Shown one piece after another: positions 11,822 to 23,226 of a stretch of 64,000 nt of DNA. This DNA comes from an uncultured Phycisphaerales bacterium (GTDB taxonomy: Bacteria > Planctomycetota > Phycisphaerae > Tepidisphaerales > Tepidisphaeraceae). The translations under genes were made by a program, and so were the position numbers. The notes under the pieces were generated by a model, which was not told the DNA's origin, did not search any database, and saw only the letters and a program-made list of their open reading frames with translations. Within the stretch, counting starts at the first letter, position 1. The number at the start of each line of letters is the position of its first letter. The stretch is taken from the NCBI GenBank assembly GCA_963792535.1, contig CAWBWQ010000001.1:96001-160000 (forward strand), given 5' to 3'.

Positions 11822-12328
11822 TTGAACGAATTTATTCTTTTTGGGGTGAGCGTCGCTCTCGGCTCTGTGGCGTGGGGATACGTCTGTATGAGATATGTTT
11901 GGCCGTGGGTTAGACAGGTCGGTTTGGAACCAGCTGCTCGGGCGATCCTTTCTTTACATCTCTTCCGGTTTATGGGCGCGTCCTTCCTCTTGCCTGGTGT
12001 TGCCGGCCAGACATTGCCGAAGGTCTTTTCGAATCCGGCCGCATACGGTGACTTGTTGGCCGTTGTTCTTGCTTGGTCGGCGCTTTTATTATTACGCCGC
12101 CCGGGTGGCATTCTGATTCTTTGGGTCTTCAATGTTTGGGGCGCGGTGGATCTGCTGTACGCATTTTATCAGGGAGTCTTCGGCCCGGACTTTCATCCGT
12201 CCGCCCTCGGCGCGACTTTCTATATTCCGACCGTTTATGTACCTCTCCTGTTATGCACCCACGTAATGCTTTTCGTCTTATTGCTTCGATCAAAGACTGC
12301 CCACGATGAACTGCCTGCCAATGCGTAG
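11822..12328 (+). CDS. Integral membrane hypothetical protein (related to the preceding gene)
   Basis: HLFRFMGASFL, FNVWG..DL and YVPLLLCTH motifs; GGAG upstream of TTG. Confidence 0.7.
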   Translation: MNEFILFGVSVALGSVAWGYVCMRYVWPWVRQVGLEPAARAILSLHLFRFMGASFLLPGVAGQTLPKVFSNPAAYGDLLAVVLAWSALLLLRRPGGILILWVFNVWGAVDLLYAFYQGVFGPDFHPSALGATFYIPTVYVPLLLCTHVMLFVLLLRSKTAHDELPANA

Positions 12329-12634
12329 CCCTCACCGCAAAAAAAGAAAAACTGGTGCGCAGACTGGCACTTACCGATCCCGTCAATCTTGCGAGCCGAT
12401 ATTAAAGGGGAGTGCCAAAACCGCGTGACCGAAACCAGATGGCAAGGGATTTTCACGGCTAGGCACGTCGAACGGGCGATCGAATTGAATTCAAATCCTG
12501 TCGGTTGGTCGTTAAAGGTGCCGAAATTCCTTAGAAGGATCGCGGAACCTCTGAGGATCTTAATCGTGATCAACTATAATCTAAAAAGCGTTTGTGCCCG
12601 TCCCTGATTGTTTACTCACGGCGTCCAGCAAAAA

Positions 12635-12708
12635 TCGGGGTGACAAGATTTGAACTTGCGGCCTCTTGGTCCCGAACCAAGCGCTCTACCAAGCTGAGCT
12701 ACACCCCG
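12635..12708 (-). tRNA. tRNA-Pro(CGG)
   Basis: Reverse complement CGGGGTGTAGCTCAGCTTGGTAGAGCG CTTGG-TTCGGGA-CCAAG ... GTTCAAATCTTGTCACCCCGA; complete cloverleaf, CCA not encoded. Confidence 0.97.
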
Positions 12709-12848
12709 GGGTACGTTTTTTGCTTTTACCGGTCGGAAAGCTTAACTGCATCACGCTGAAAGGCAAGTTTTGTTGACCGCCTCTGTCGCACTTCATTGCA
12801 TCGTTCTGAATGGCCGGGCGCAGCCTCTTGTAGACGATTTTGGCAGTT

Positions 12849-13563
12849 TTATCCGCGGGACGTGGAGAGATAAGAGTTCCAATTTACCGATTCGATAGCG
12901 GGTAATGTTTGCAATATGGCAGCTTCAGGCACACGGCAGATGACCGGCACCGCGCCCCATTTTTCGATGGCGGCGGGATTGGTCTGCTCGGCAACGTCGT
13001 TCGACGCTTCCGAAAAACGGTTTATTACCACCCCGGCCACCGCTGCGCCGGTGGAGCGCACGCGCGTTTACCGTCAGCAAGGTGTGGTTGATCGTTCCCA
13101 ACCCCGCACGGGCGACCACCACGCAGGGCAATCCTGCCCATCGCGCCACATCCAGCACCATGTGGCGATCGTCCATCGGCACCATCGTTCCACCGACGCC
13201 TTCTACGATCAACACGTCGCTGCGCGATGCCAGCGTGTCGAGCGATGCTTGTAAAAGCGACCAATCCATGGCTTGCCCGGCGCGATCCGCTGCCACCGCC
13301 GGCGCAAGAGGCTCGGTGTACCGGATCGGACAGATTACATTTAATGGGAACCTCGCGCCTGATGCGGCGGACAGTACTTCCGCATCCTCGGAAACGAGTT
13401 CGCCGTCGCGAACTATGCAGCCTGTTGCGGCAATCTTGCAAACCCCAACGCGCCGACCACGGCGAAAAAACCAATTTGCGATCGCCGCTGCGATAATCGT
13501 TTTGCCGACGCCGGTATCAGTGGCGGTAATAAACAACCCGGGGATTTTGACGCTTTGAATCAT
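12849..13563 (-). CDS. bioD: Dethiobiotin synthase; apparent frameshift ~13065
   Basis: ATDTGVGKT P-loop, VEGVGG, LGTINHTLL; C-terminus (AGVVINR) lies in ORF 12849..13061. Confidence 0.9.
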
Positions 13564-13599
13564 GGATTAAGGTCGTGTGGAATGAGATTCATGCACCGT

Positions 13600-14949
13600 T
13601 CATGTCAGGGCATTCAGTTCGAGCGTTAGCGCGCGAACGATTGTAGCGAGATCTGTCTCAGGCATCGCCAGCGGTGGCATCAGGACAATGACGTCGCCCA
13701 GCGGGCGCAGGATTACGCCGCGGGCCCGCAGGCGTTTGCAAACCTCCGCGCCTATACGCAAGCGGGGATCGAAAGGCTTCCTGGATGCCTTGTCGGAGAC
13801 CAGTTCGATACCGACCATGAATCCCCGTTGGCGAATCTCGCCGACGATTGCGAGTTTCTTCAAGGGCGCGAGCAAATCGTTCAGCGCAGCTGCTTTTTCA
13901 GCAACATTCGCGACGAGATCATTCTTTTCGAACAGATCCAGCGACGCCAGCGCCGCCGCGCATGCCAGGGCGTTACCGGTATAGGTGTGACCGTGGTAGA
14001 AAGTTTTGGATTCCCAGGGATCGCCGAGGAATGCATCGTAGATTTGCTGTGTCGCGAACGTCGCAGCCAGCGGCAGATAACCGCCGGTGATCCCCTTGGC
14101 GACGCACAGTAAATCCGGCTCGACGGCTTCATGTTCGCACGCGAACATTTTCCCAGTGCGACCAAACCCGACGGCGACCTCGTCGGCAATCAGCAGAACA
14201 TCATGCCGGCTGCACAGCGCCCTGACACCGCTGAGAAACCCGGGCGGTTGAATAATCATCCCGCCCGCCCCCTGCACGATCGGTTCGATACAGACAGCTG
14301 CTATGCGTCGCCCGTGGTGGGTTAAAATCGCCTCAAGGGCAGCCAGACAATCATCGCGAACCTGGTCCGGTCGATCAGGTGTTTTGCTGCGGTATACGAA
14401 CGGTGTTGGCGCGAAATGGGTTTTAAAGAGCAGGGGAAAATAAGGCTTATGAAACGTCTCGGTTCGACCGACCGACATCGCGCCGAAGGTGTCGCCGTGG
14501 TATGCTTCGGCAAACCCTACGAATTCGCATTTCTCACCGCGTCCGATGTTGTGCCAGTATTGCGCAGCCAGTTTGAACGCAATCTCCGTAGACGTCGCGC
14601 CGCTGTCACTGAAGAAAACTTTCTGAAGATTGCGCGGCACGATTTTCATCAGCCGATCCGCCAGCAGAATGGAAGGTTCACTGCTGAGGCCGAGGAGGGT
14701 GGTATGGGCGACCTTTTCCAATTGAGCGCGGACAGCCTCATCGATTTCCGGTACGCGATGGCCGTGGACGTTGCACCAGAGGCTGCTCACACCGTCGAGA
14801 TATCGGTTACCGTCGCTGTCAATCAGATACATTCCATCGGCGGCTGCAATCACCATCGGATCTTCCGCGTTCCACAACTGGTGGTGCGTAAAGGGATGCC
14901 AGATGTGCTGCTTATCGAGTTTTTGTAACTGTGTGGTTTTGAGGGACAT
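13600..14949 (-). CDS. bioA: Adenosylmethionine-8-amino-7-oxononanoate aminotransferase
   Basis: HIWHPFT, SSLWCNVHG, YHGDT, DEVAVGFGRTG, AKGITGGYLPL; adjacent to bioD. Confidence 0.95.
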   Translation of the reverse strand: MSLKTTQLQKLDKQHIWHPFTHHQLWNAEDPMVIAAADGMYLIDSDGNRYLDGVSSLWCNVHGHRVPEIDEAVRAQLEKVAHTTLLGLSSEPSILLADRLMKIVPRNLQKVFFSDSGATSTEIAFKLAAQYWHNIGRGEKCEFVGFAEAYHGDTFGAMSVGRTETFHKPYFPLLFKTHFAPTPFVYRSKTPDRPDQVRDDCLAALEAILTHHGRRIAAVCIEPIVQGAGGMIIQPPGFLSGVRALCSRHDVLLIADEVAVGFGRTGKMFACEHEAVEPDLLCVAKGITGGYLPLAATFATQQIYDAFLGDPWESKTFYHGHTYTGNALACAAALASLDLFEKNDLVANVAEKAAALNDLLAPLKKLAIVGEIRQRGFMVGIELVSDKASRKPFDPRLRIGAEVCKRLRARGVILRPLGDVIVLMPPLAMPETDLATIVRALTLELNALT

Positions 14950-15189
14950 TTCTTGAATTTCGGTTCATTCGTGTTGCAATACGGCGCGTGGAGTATGCGA
15001 CAGAACGGGTTTGTATCAAGTCCTGTTCGGCCGGTCGCGAAAAGCGAATGCGCAGAACCGAACTGACAAGCCGAACGTAAAAACCGAACGACCGGTATTA
15101 ACGTCCAGCGAAATGATCGGTTCGGTTGGTAAAAACTGAAAGCAGGGTGCGGACGAAATCAGATGAACGGTGGCTATAATGGGCAACGC

Positions 15190-15840
15190 ATGAACGACTT
15201 GAAAGAAGCAACGCGGCAGGAAACGATGATTCAGCAGCAGGTGATTGAGCGCGGGATCCGCGACGAGCGCGTGCTGAATGCCATGCGATCTGTGCAACGC
15301 GATCTTTTTTTTCCGTCCGGTTCAAAAGATGAGGCTTTTGCGGACCGGGCTGCTCCGATTGGCTACGAACAGACTATCAGCCAGCCTTACATGGTGGCGC
15401 TGATGACCCAGCGGCTGAACGTGGGAGACACGCACAAAGTGCTCGAAATCGGCACGGGAAGTGGATACCAGACGGCGATTCTTTCCAAGCTGGCCGCTGA
15501 GGTATTCACAATCGAACGGGTCAAACCGTTGCTGGATATCGCCTGGGAAAAATTGATGGGGATGAATATCCGCAACGTTCATTACCGCCACGGTGACGGC
15601 ACGCTGGGCTGGCCCGGCGCGGGTTTGTTTGATCGCATCCTGATCACTGCAGGCGCTCCAAAGATCCCCGAGCGGCTGCTGATGGAACAGCTTCATGACG
15701 GGGGGACTGCTATCCTTCCAGTGGGGCCACAGGAAGAGCAGATGCTGATCGAAGTGCGCCGGCGTGGCGAGCGACTGGAATCGAAAAATATCTGCCAGTG
15801 CCGATTCGTCAAATTGATCGGCCTTGAGGGATGGCAGTAG
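15190..15840 (+). CDS. pcm: Protein-L-isoaspartate O-methyltransferase
   Basis: QTISQPYMVA, VLEIGTGSGYQTA, GDGTLGW, FDRILITA. Confidence 0.95.
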   Translation: MNDLKEATRQETMIQQQVIERGIRDERVLNAMRSVQRDLFFPSGSKDEAFADRAAPIGYEQTISQPYMVALMTQRLNVGDTHKVLEIGTGSGYQTAILSKLAAEVFTIERVKPLLDIAWEKLMGMNIRNVHYRHGDGTLGWPGAGLFDRILITAGAPKIPERLLMEQLHDGGTAILPVGPQEEQMLIEVRRRGERLESKNICQCRFVKLIGLEGWQ

Positions 15841-15913
15841 GAGTGGCGCGCGGCTTTTGCAAGCGACAGTGTCAGATCATCATTCCGCAGGTTTTTCCGA
15901 TATAACGACACGC

Positions 15914-17976
15914 GTGGATGAGCAGTATCTTCAACGCGCCATCGAAACCCTCAACGGGGTCGGGCCTGCCCGTTCCAAAGAGTTTCGGCGGTTGGGTGTC
16001 TCCACGCTGGGGGATCTTCTCGAATACTTTCCGCGCGACTACCAATATGAAGCGGAGGAACGGCTCATCAACCAGTTGGCTACCGGGGATTTGCAAACCA
16101 CGCGCGGGGAAGTGGTGGCGGTGGATTACGTCACCGGGCGCGTGGCCCGCTTTGAGGCCACGCTGGACGATGGCACGGGAAAGCTCGCGCTGACATGGTT
16201 CAACGGCGCGTTTCTGCGCCGGCAAATTCACCCGGGTGATTTTCTGCTGGTGCAGGGGGTGGTGAAAATATTTCGCAATCTTCCGCAGATGGCGCAGGCG
16301 AAATGGTGGAAAATTCAGGGAGATGAGGAGCCCGTCGCAGGCTCGGGCTTTCGTGCGATCTATCCTGCTTCGGGGAAGCTCAACAGCCAGTTCATTGCCG
16401 AAACTATCGGTTCAAATCTCGATGCGGCGCTGGATCATGTGCGGGAATGGTTTGATCCGAAGTTGCTTTCGCTCCGCAATCTGGTGGGTCGTCGCGATGC
16501 ATATGCGGCGATTCACCGGCCGCGCACACTGGCCGATGCACAGAGGGCCAGGCGGCGGTTGGTATACGACGAACTCATGCTGATGCAGCTGGGACTGGGC
16601 ATCGGCAAGCGTTTGCGCGAAGGCCGGCTTACGGCACCGATCATGCGGATTGATAAGACACTGGACGGTCGCATTCGCAAGCGATTTCCATTTTCCCTGA
16701 CGAACGCACAACAGAACTGCATCTGGCAGATTGTGCGCGACCTGCAAAGCGGTCGACCGATGAATCGCCTGTTGCAGGGTGACGTGGGAAGCGGCAAGAC
16801 GGTTGTCGCGGTATATGCCATGCTGGTGGGGGTGGCCAACCGGCTGCAGTCGGCGATGCTTGCCCCGACTGAGGTGCTGGCAGAGCAGCACTATGTGACG
16901 CTGACAAATCTACTCAAAGACTCAGGCGTGAAGGTGCAGCTTTTCACGGGCCGGACCCGCCGGCAATCGCGGGAAAGATTATACAGGGGCTTGCCAGCGG
17001 AGAAGTTCACATTGCAGTTGGCACGCAGGCGCTTATTCAAAAAGATATCGAGTTTGGCAATCTCGGGCTGGTGGTCGTTGACGAACAGCACAAGCTGGGT
17101 GTGCAGCAGAGAGCTGTTTTGAAAGGCAAGGGTCTTGCGCCGCATTATCTGGTGATGACCGCCACCCCGATTCCTCGAACGTTGGCATTGTCGTATTTTG
17201 CCGATTTTGAAGTGAGTTCGATCGATGAATTACCGCCCGGTCGTCAGCCGATACAGACCCGGCGCTTGCGATCGAACCAGGCCGCCTGGGCTTATGAGTT
17301 TATCCGCGGAGAAATTAAAGCCGGTCGTCAGGCGTATGTCGTTTTGCCGAAGATCGACGATGACGGCACGGACGAATCGAAATCCGTTTTGCGCGAGTTT
17401 GAAGTTCTATCGCAGGGCCCGCTTTTGGGGCTTCGACTGGCGGTATTGCACGGGCAGATGAGCACCGAGGAAAAACAGGCGGTGATGCTCGCGTTTCGCG
17501 GAGGGGAAACCGATGTGCTGATCGCCACGACGGTGATTGAAGTTGGGATCGACGTGCCCAATGCAACTGTGATGCTGATCGGTGATGCCGAGCGGTTTGG
17601 GCTTTCGCAGCTGCATCAATTGCGGGGGCGCGTGGGTCGCGGCAGCGAAGTTTCTCATTGCCTGCTGCTGTCCGATGCTACTAGCGAAGCTGCGGAGGCC
17701 CGGTTGAACACCATGGTGGAAACCCTCGACGGGTTTGAGATTGCCGAGATGGACCTGCAACTTCGAGGTCCGGGCGAGTTTTTCGGCACGCGACAGCATG
17801 GTTTGCCCGAATTTAAATTAACTGATCTCAGTAACGAAATGGAACTGCTGCAACAGGCAAAGAATGACGCGCTGAACATTCTCCACGAGGACCCGCAGTT
17901 GAAATCACATCCGCAACTGCGAGATGCTTTGAAGGCGCAAATCGGGGATGCTTTCGGGTTGGCGCAGATCGGGTGA
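15914..17976 (+). CDS. recG: ATP-dependent DNA helicase RecG; apparent frameshift ~16990; start uncertain
   Basis: MNRLLQGDVGSGKT, APTEVLAEQH, VDEQH, MTATPIPRT, QLHQLRGRVGRG, DLQLRGPGE. Confidence 0.95.
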
Positions 17977-18043
17977 GGACGTTGAACGTTTTACGTATCT
18001 CGCCGACAATCCGGTTACCGATCGATCGCCCTGAAAACCTGAT

Positions 18044-19351
18044 ATGACCATCGATGAGCTCACTCCGTCTGCCACCGCGCCAGGTCGCTCCGCGGCTGGG
18101 CTGCGCGGTGGTTCACCGGTTCTGCTGATATACGGGGGGCGAATTTTTCTTCTGGGGTGTTGGTTTCTGGCGACCCGGTTGTTGGCAGTTACGCTGGGCC
18201 CGGGAGGATTCGGCCTGTATTTCCTTTGCCAGAGCGCGATACGCGTTGTCAGCGGGTGCATCGGAGACCCGCTGGACATGGCTGTCATGCGTGAGGCACC
18301 ACTGCTGTTGCGCTCGAACCGGTCAGCAGCGCTGGATCTGATTCGATCGGCTTTCTGGCTGCGCGTCTGTATCGCCGCGGCGGTGCTCGTGATGGCGGTA
18401 TTGCTACCAGGGCTGGCAGCCCGGGCTTATTTTTGCTTCGCCTTTACTTCGCGGGTTGGCGGTGTTGACGATGGCGGGGGTTCTGGGTGATTTTCTGCTG
18501 CGGTCGGCTCTGGGATTTTTTCAGGTCAGTGAGCAATTCGATCGTTTTCTGATTGTCGATGCGGTGTGGCAACTCGGCCGCGTGGTGGTCGTGGTGGCAC
18601 TGGTTATGTTGCATCGGCTGACAGCGCCGGCGGGGATCGCTGTGTATGTGATTGCGCCGTACGTGGCGTTTGCAGTCGCGTTCTGGTTGTTGCCGACAGA
18701 TGTGCGTCGAATCGCTCCGCCGCGCGATGGACCGGTCGCGGGGATACTTCGATACTCCGGCTGGATCGTCGCAGGCCTGACGATGGCGGCGGCAAGCGAC
18801 CGGCTGGATGTATTTGTTCTGGAACATTTTCGCGGCAAGTTCGAGGTAGGCATTTACGCGGGAGCGGTTTTTCTGGCCTCGATACCTGATTTTCTCGATG
18901 GCATTGTTCAGACCGTGCTCGCCCCTCGAATCGCGCCGGCTTATGCCGATGGAACATTCAATCAGCTTCACCTTCGCTATCTGCGGTATGCTGTTCCGGC
19001 GGGGATTTTTGCGGGAGTCCTTGCCATCTCATTGAGCGACTGGGGCATCCGGCATTTTTTCGGCGCGTCTTATTCCGGGTGCATACCGGCCTTCCGAATT
19101 CTGATCCTTGGGACTTTATTTAACCTGGTATTTACCCCGTTGCCGGCGGCCCTGGTCAATTTTACTGCGCCCGGCGCGGGGTGATTTTTACAGGAACTGG
19201 ATTGGCCTGCGTGCTTGGTGGTTCACTTCTCATGATCCCGCCTTACGGGGCGGTAGGCGCGGCAATGGTGATGCTGCTGGCAAGAATGGTGGTGGGAGGG
19301 CTTACGATTTTCGAATCGGTTCGCCTCAATCGGCGACCTGCGGTTTTATAA
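18044..19351 (+). CDS. Polysaccharide/oligosaccharide flippase (Wzx/MOP family); apparent frameshifts ~18440 and ~19175
   Basis: TRLLAVTLGPGGFGLY; DRLDVFVL...EVGIYA; a third frame gives LMIPPYGAVGAA and stops at 19351. Confidence 0.75.
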
Positions 19352-19887
19352 TTTGGTGGCGGCATCGCCGGTGCCGGGGGGGCGCGGTTTGCGGCCCTGT
19401 TGAAGGGGGAAGCTCTGGAGATATGCAATCCACATCATCGATAGACCAAAGCTGTAAGCGCCCTGTATGACCAGATCCATGTAATGCTGCGTGGGGGGGA
19501 TGTGATACCGTTCGACGCTGATTCCCTGGTAAGTGATGGCCGAGACCGAATCGGATTTGCCGAGGTTGGAAACCTTCACTTCAATCCGCTTGTAGGTGCC
19601 GATCTCTTTGTTGTTGCTGTCCAGTTTTCGATTGACCTTCGCGTCTAGCACATGCAGTTCATTTTCGCTGAGATCGAACAACGCGCCCATGACATATTTG
19701 CCAGGATCGTAGACGATGTCACCGATTCCCCCGGCCCAGTATTCGCTGAAGATGGGGAATGAAAGGCGATAGTTATCAAGCACGGCGGGTTTTCCCGGCC
19801 GCATTGCCGGGCGCGGTATCCGTAATGCCGGCACCATTCGGCAACAGCCCGGGAGTTGAGATTAGATCCGTACGCGAAATACCACAT
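19346..19887 (-). CDS. Gamma-glutamylcyclotransferase (AIG2-like) family protein; apparent frameshift ~19815
   Basis: MWYFAYGSNL N-terminus; PPTQHYMDLVIQGA near the C-terminus. Confidence 0.8.
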
Positions 19888-20036
19888 GCCGCTCGTTCCC
19901 TCGCCACCAGCGGCATTCTTGCGAAATTCGGCCAAAACGCAAAGACTTCCAGGCGATCTTTTCGCTTGAGCGAAATTGAGCGCGTATGTACCGTCTGTCA
20001 GCGGTTTTGCAGTGGTCCACTCTTGCCAGGGGTTGT

Positions 20037-21669
20037 ATGCATCGTCAGCATCGTCGGTTGAACTCGTTGTTGAGGTGGATCAGTGCATTACTGCTGGCGA
20101 TGGTCGCGCCGGTGCGGGGGGTGGATCACCCTGTATCGGTGGAAGACTCAGCGGCCATCGACGCGCTTGTCAATCAACTGGGGGCGGACGATCCGCTTGA
20201 GCGCGACAACGCAGCCGTCTCGCTCGAAGATCGACCCGACGAAGATTTGCCTCTTCTCCAGACTGCTTCCAGGCGGGAAGACCTGACTGCTGAGATCAAA
20301 CTGCGGCTGCGTCGCCTGCTGCGCCGCATTGAACCCCGGGTGAAGGCGCATCAGCGGGCAAACGATCGGTTTGACACTATCGGTGCCTGGGCGGCAAAGA
20401 TGGCGATGGAATGGTATGAGAAAGACGGCCACACCAATCCCGCGTGGGATGATTCGGTGCGCAAGGCGCTTTCAATTTCCGCTGCCCGCGCCCACCGTCT
20501 AAGCGCGGCGGAGTTGGCAAAGACTCTGGCGGAAGAGAAAGATGCAATTGCCACCGCAATGACCGCTGGTTGCGACGACCCGGGTTTTCTCGTCGTGGCC
20601 GGGCTGTGCCTGGACGACTCCGGACTGCCCGCCGATCAGGTGTTTGCGTATTTTCACAAGGCATTAATCAGTTGTGCCGACGGCAAGGTGAGCCCGTACA
20701 CAAAGACAATTATCGACGGTCGTATTCTGCGTGGAAGCATGACGGGGCTCTATAAGGAGAACAACCCAAAGAACACCGCCCGCTGCGACGCTTTACTGAA
20801 CGACATGATTCAAAGCTGCCAACTCGTAATGACCATGCCGGGCATTCCAAACGCCGCCCGGGTTGAGACGGTTGAAAATGTCATCAACACCGGCGCACAA
20901 GCCCGGAGCGGCGCAAAATCAGATTTTTTACGCGGTTTATCCAGGCTTGGAAGCGACCGATCCGAAAGATTCGGATGTGCTGCTCATTAAGGGGAATTTT
21001 TATATCAATTACGCGTGGGAAGCCCGCGGCGGTGGTTGGGCGAACACGGTAACCCCGCAGGGGTGGAGAGATTTTGCGGCCAGACTTGCCACCGCTGAGG
21101 AGGCGCTGACCCGCGCGTGGGAACTTGATCCGACCAATGCCGGACCGCCAACGAAAATGCTGACGGTGGCACTGGGTGAAGATAAAGATCGCGATGAAAT
21201 GGAAAAATGGTTTCAGCGCGCGATGGATGCAAACCCCGACAACTACGACGCGTGCACATCCAAGCTGTATTATCTCGAACCCAAATGGCACGGCAGTCCA
21301 GAAGCGATGCTGGAGTTCGGGCACCAGTGCTTCGACAGCCAAAACTGGCACGGCGATGTCGCATTTGTCCTGCTGGATGCTCACATCGCGCTGTCAAAAT
21401 ACCAGCCCGACCCCAAATTGTATTATCGCAATGAAATTGTCTGGTCGGATTTTTGCACCGTATACACGGCGTACCTGAATGCCTACCCGACCGACGACCA
21501 GATCCGCAGCAAATTCGCCTATTACGCCTGTCTGTGCGGCCATTGGACCGAGGCAAACGACCTGTTCAAAAAGCTAGGCGGGAATGCCGATCCGGATGTA
21601 TTTGGTAATGCTGCAACTCTGAATGATTTCAAACAGCGCGCGGCTGGTCTTGCGACGACAAAACCGTGA
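20037..21669 (+). CDS. Secreted alpha-helical repeat protein with DUF4034-like C-terminal part; apparent frameshift ~20920
   Basis: YAWEARGGGWANTV, AWELDP and YLEPKWHGS motifs; signal-like N-terminus. Confidence 0.65.
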
Positions 21670-21739
21670 GGTGTTAGGTCACAAAGCCCCTAAACACCTG
21701 CCAGCTGTTCAACTTCGCGTAAACGTCAACGCATGTTTT

Positions 21740-22999
21740 TCAAAACCGCATCGTGTCGAACAGGCTCTGGTTGCTCTTGTGTTTACCGAGTGCTTCGATA
21801 AGCGATTTCATCGCTCCGGCGGGCGGCATATTCATCAGGTGCCGGCGGATACCGCGCGTGCTGGCGAGTTCCTTGGGGGTCAGCAGCTTTTCTTCTTTGC
21901 GCGTGCCGGATGAAGCAATGTCGATCGCGGGATACATGCGCTGGTTTGCCAGGTTGCGGTCCAGGGTCAATTCCATATTGCCGGTGCCTTTGAATTCCTC
22001 AAAGATGACTTGATCCATGCGTGATCCGGTGTCGATCAGGCAGGTGGCAAGGATGGTGAGGCTGCCGCCGTTTTCGATTTTCCGCGCAGCGCCGAACAGC
22101 TTCTTGGGAATTTCCAATGCGCGGTTGTCCAGCCCGCCGCTCATCGTGCGGCCTCCGCTTGGTCCGCCGGCGTTAAACGCGCGGCCAACGCGCGTCAGAG
22201 AATCCATCAGCACCACGATGTTCTGTCCGAACTCCACCTTGCGCTTGCAGCGCTCGATCACCAGCTGAGCCAGATCCAGGTGCTTGTCGATGGTATTGTC
22301 GTTGCTGGATGCGTAGACCGTTCCGGGAATGTTTCGGCGCATGTCGGTGACTTCTTCGGGCCGTTCATCAACCAGAAGCAGGACCAGTTCGACATTGGGG
22401 TAATTGTGGGCAATTCCCTTGGCCATGTTCTGCAGCAGAATCGTTTTACCCGTGCGCGGCGGAGCCACGATCAGCCCGCGCTGACCAAAACCAATGGGTG
22501 TTAAAATATCGATGACCCGGGTGGTCAATTCCGCCGGGTCGTGCTCGAGTTTGAGCACCGGCTCGGGATCCATTGCGGTCGCGTCGTACAGCGGAATAGT
22601 GCTGGTATATTCATCTACGGTATGACCTTCGATCGCGTCGATCTTGCCCAGCGATTTGCCGCTGGGGATCCCCTTGAGCAGAAGCCCCGGGCGAAGATTG
22701 AGCTCGCGGATCACGCTGCGCGGCACGATGATATTGCCCCGCGCGGGACGAAGCGGATGGGCCGGATCGCGCAGCGTGCCATCAGATCGGTCGTCGGCGA
22801 TGGACAAAAGTCCCTCGGCGATGCCGTCAATGAGCGGGGCGGCAACGACTTCTTCGCGTCGCTGGCCATTGGACCCACCATTGTTGCGGTGGTTGTGATT
22901 ACGAGACTGGCCTTGGCGGTTTCCAGCGGGATTTTGCCCGTTGGCCCGACCGGTGGCAGGTCGATTGGAGCGGTCGCGAAACCGCCGGCGGTCATTCAT
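21740..22999 (-). CDS. rho: Transcription termination factor Rho
   Basis: PIGFGQRGLIVAPPRTGKT, DERPEEVTD, GRTMSGG, FEEFKGTGNMEL, SGTRKEE. Confidence 0.95.
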   Translation of the reverse strand: MNDRRRFRDRSNRPATGRANGQNPAGNRQGQSRNHNHRNNGGSNGQRREEVVAAPLIDGIAEGLLSIADDRSDGTLRDPAHPLRPARGNIIVPRSVIRELNLRPGLLLKGIPSGKSLGKIDAIEGHTVDEYTSTIPLYDATAMDPEPVLKLEHDPAELTTRVIDILTPIGFGQRGLIVAPPRTGKTILLQNMAKGIAHNYPNVELVLLLVDERPEEVTDMRRNIPGTVYASSNDNTIDKHLDLAQLVIERCKRKVEFGQNIVVLMDSLTRVGRAFNAGGPSGGRTMSGGLDNRALEIPKKLFGAARKIENGGSLTILATCLIDTGSRMDQVIFEEFKGTGNMELTLDRNLANQRMYPAIDIASSGTRKEEKLLTPKELASTRGIRRHLMNMPPAGAMKSLIEALGKHKSNQSLFDTMRF

Positions 23000-23226
23000 C
23001 TGTGTACCTTTGTCGCCGTGACGCGGGCAAAAGCCTCGCGTAACTCACGTGCGGCTATGATTGGAAATATCCCGCCGCGCCCAGCGAACTGGACAGCATC
23101 CACATCAAACCCATGGGGATTTGATCGAAGGATTCCGATGCGGGATGGATCGGAGTCCGAAAAAGTCTCGGACCTGGATACCCTCGTTGACTACAGTACC
23201 ATAGCCAAAAACTTAGCGGAGTAAAG

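Noticed and set aside
12389..12607. Short ORF beside tRNA-Pro as a possible integrase remnant
   Set aside because: No recognisable catalytic motif and not in frame with the RGDKI* tail
16960..17075. Programmed frameshifting in recG and other split genes
   Set aside because: No consistent slippery heptamer or stimulatory structure; window-wide indel frequency explains the splits
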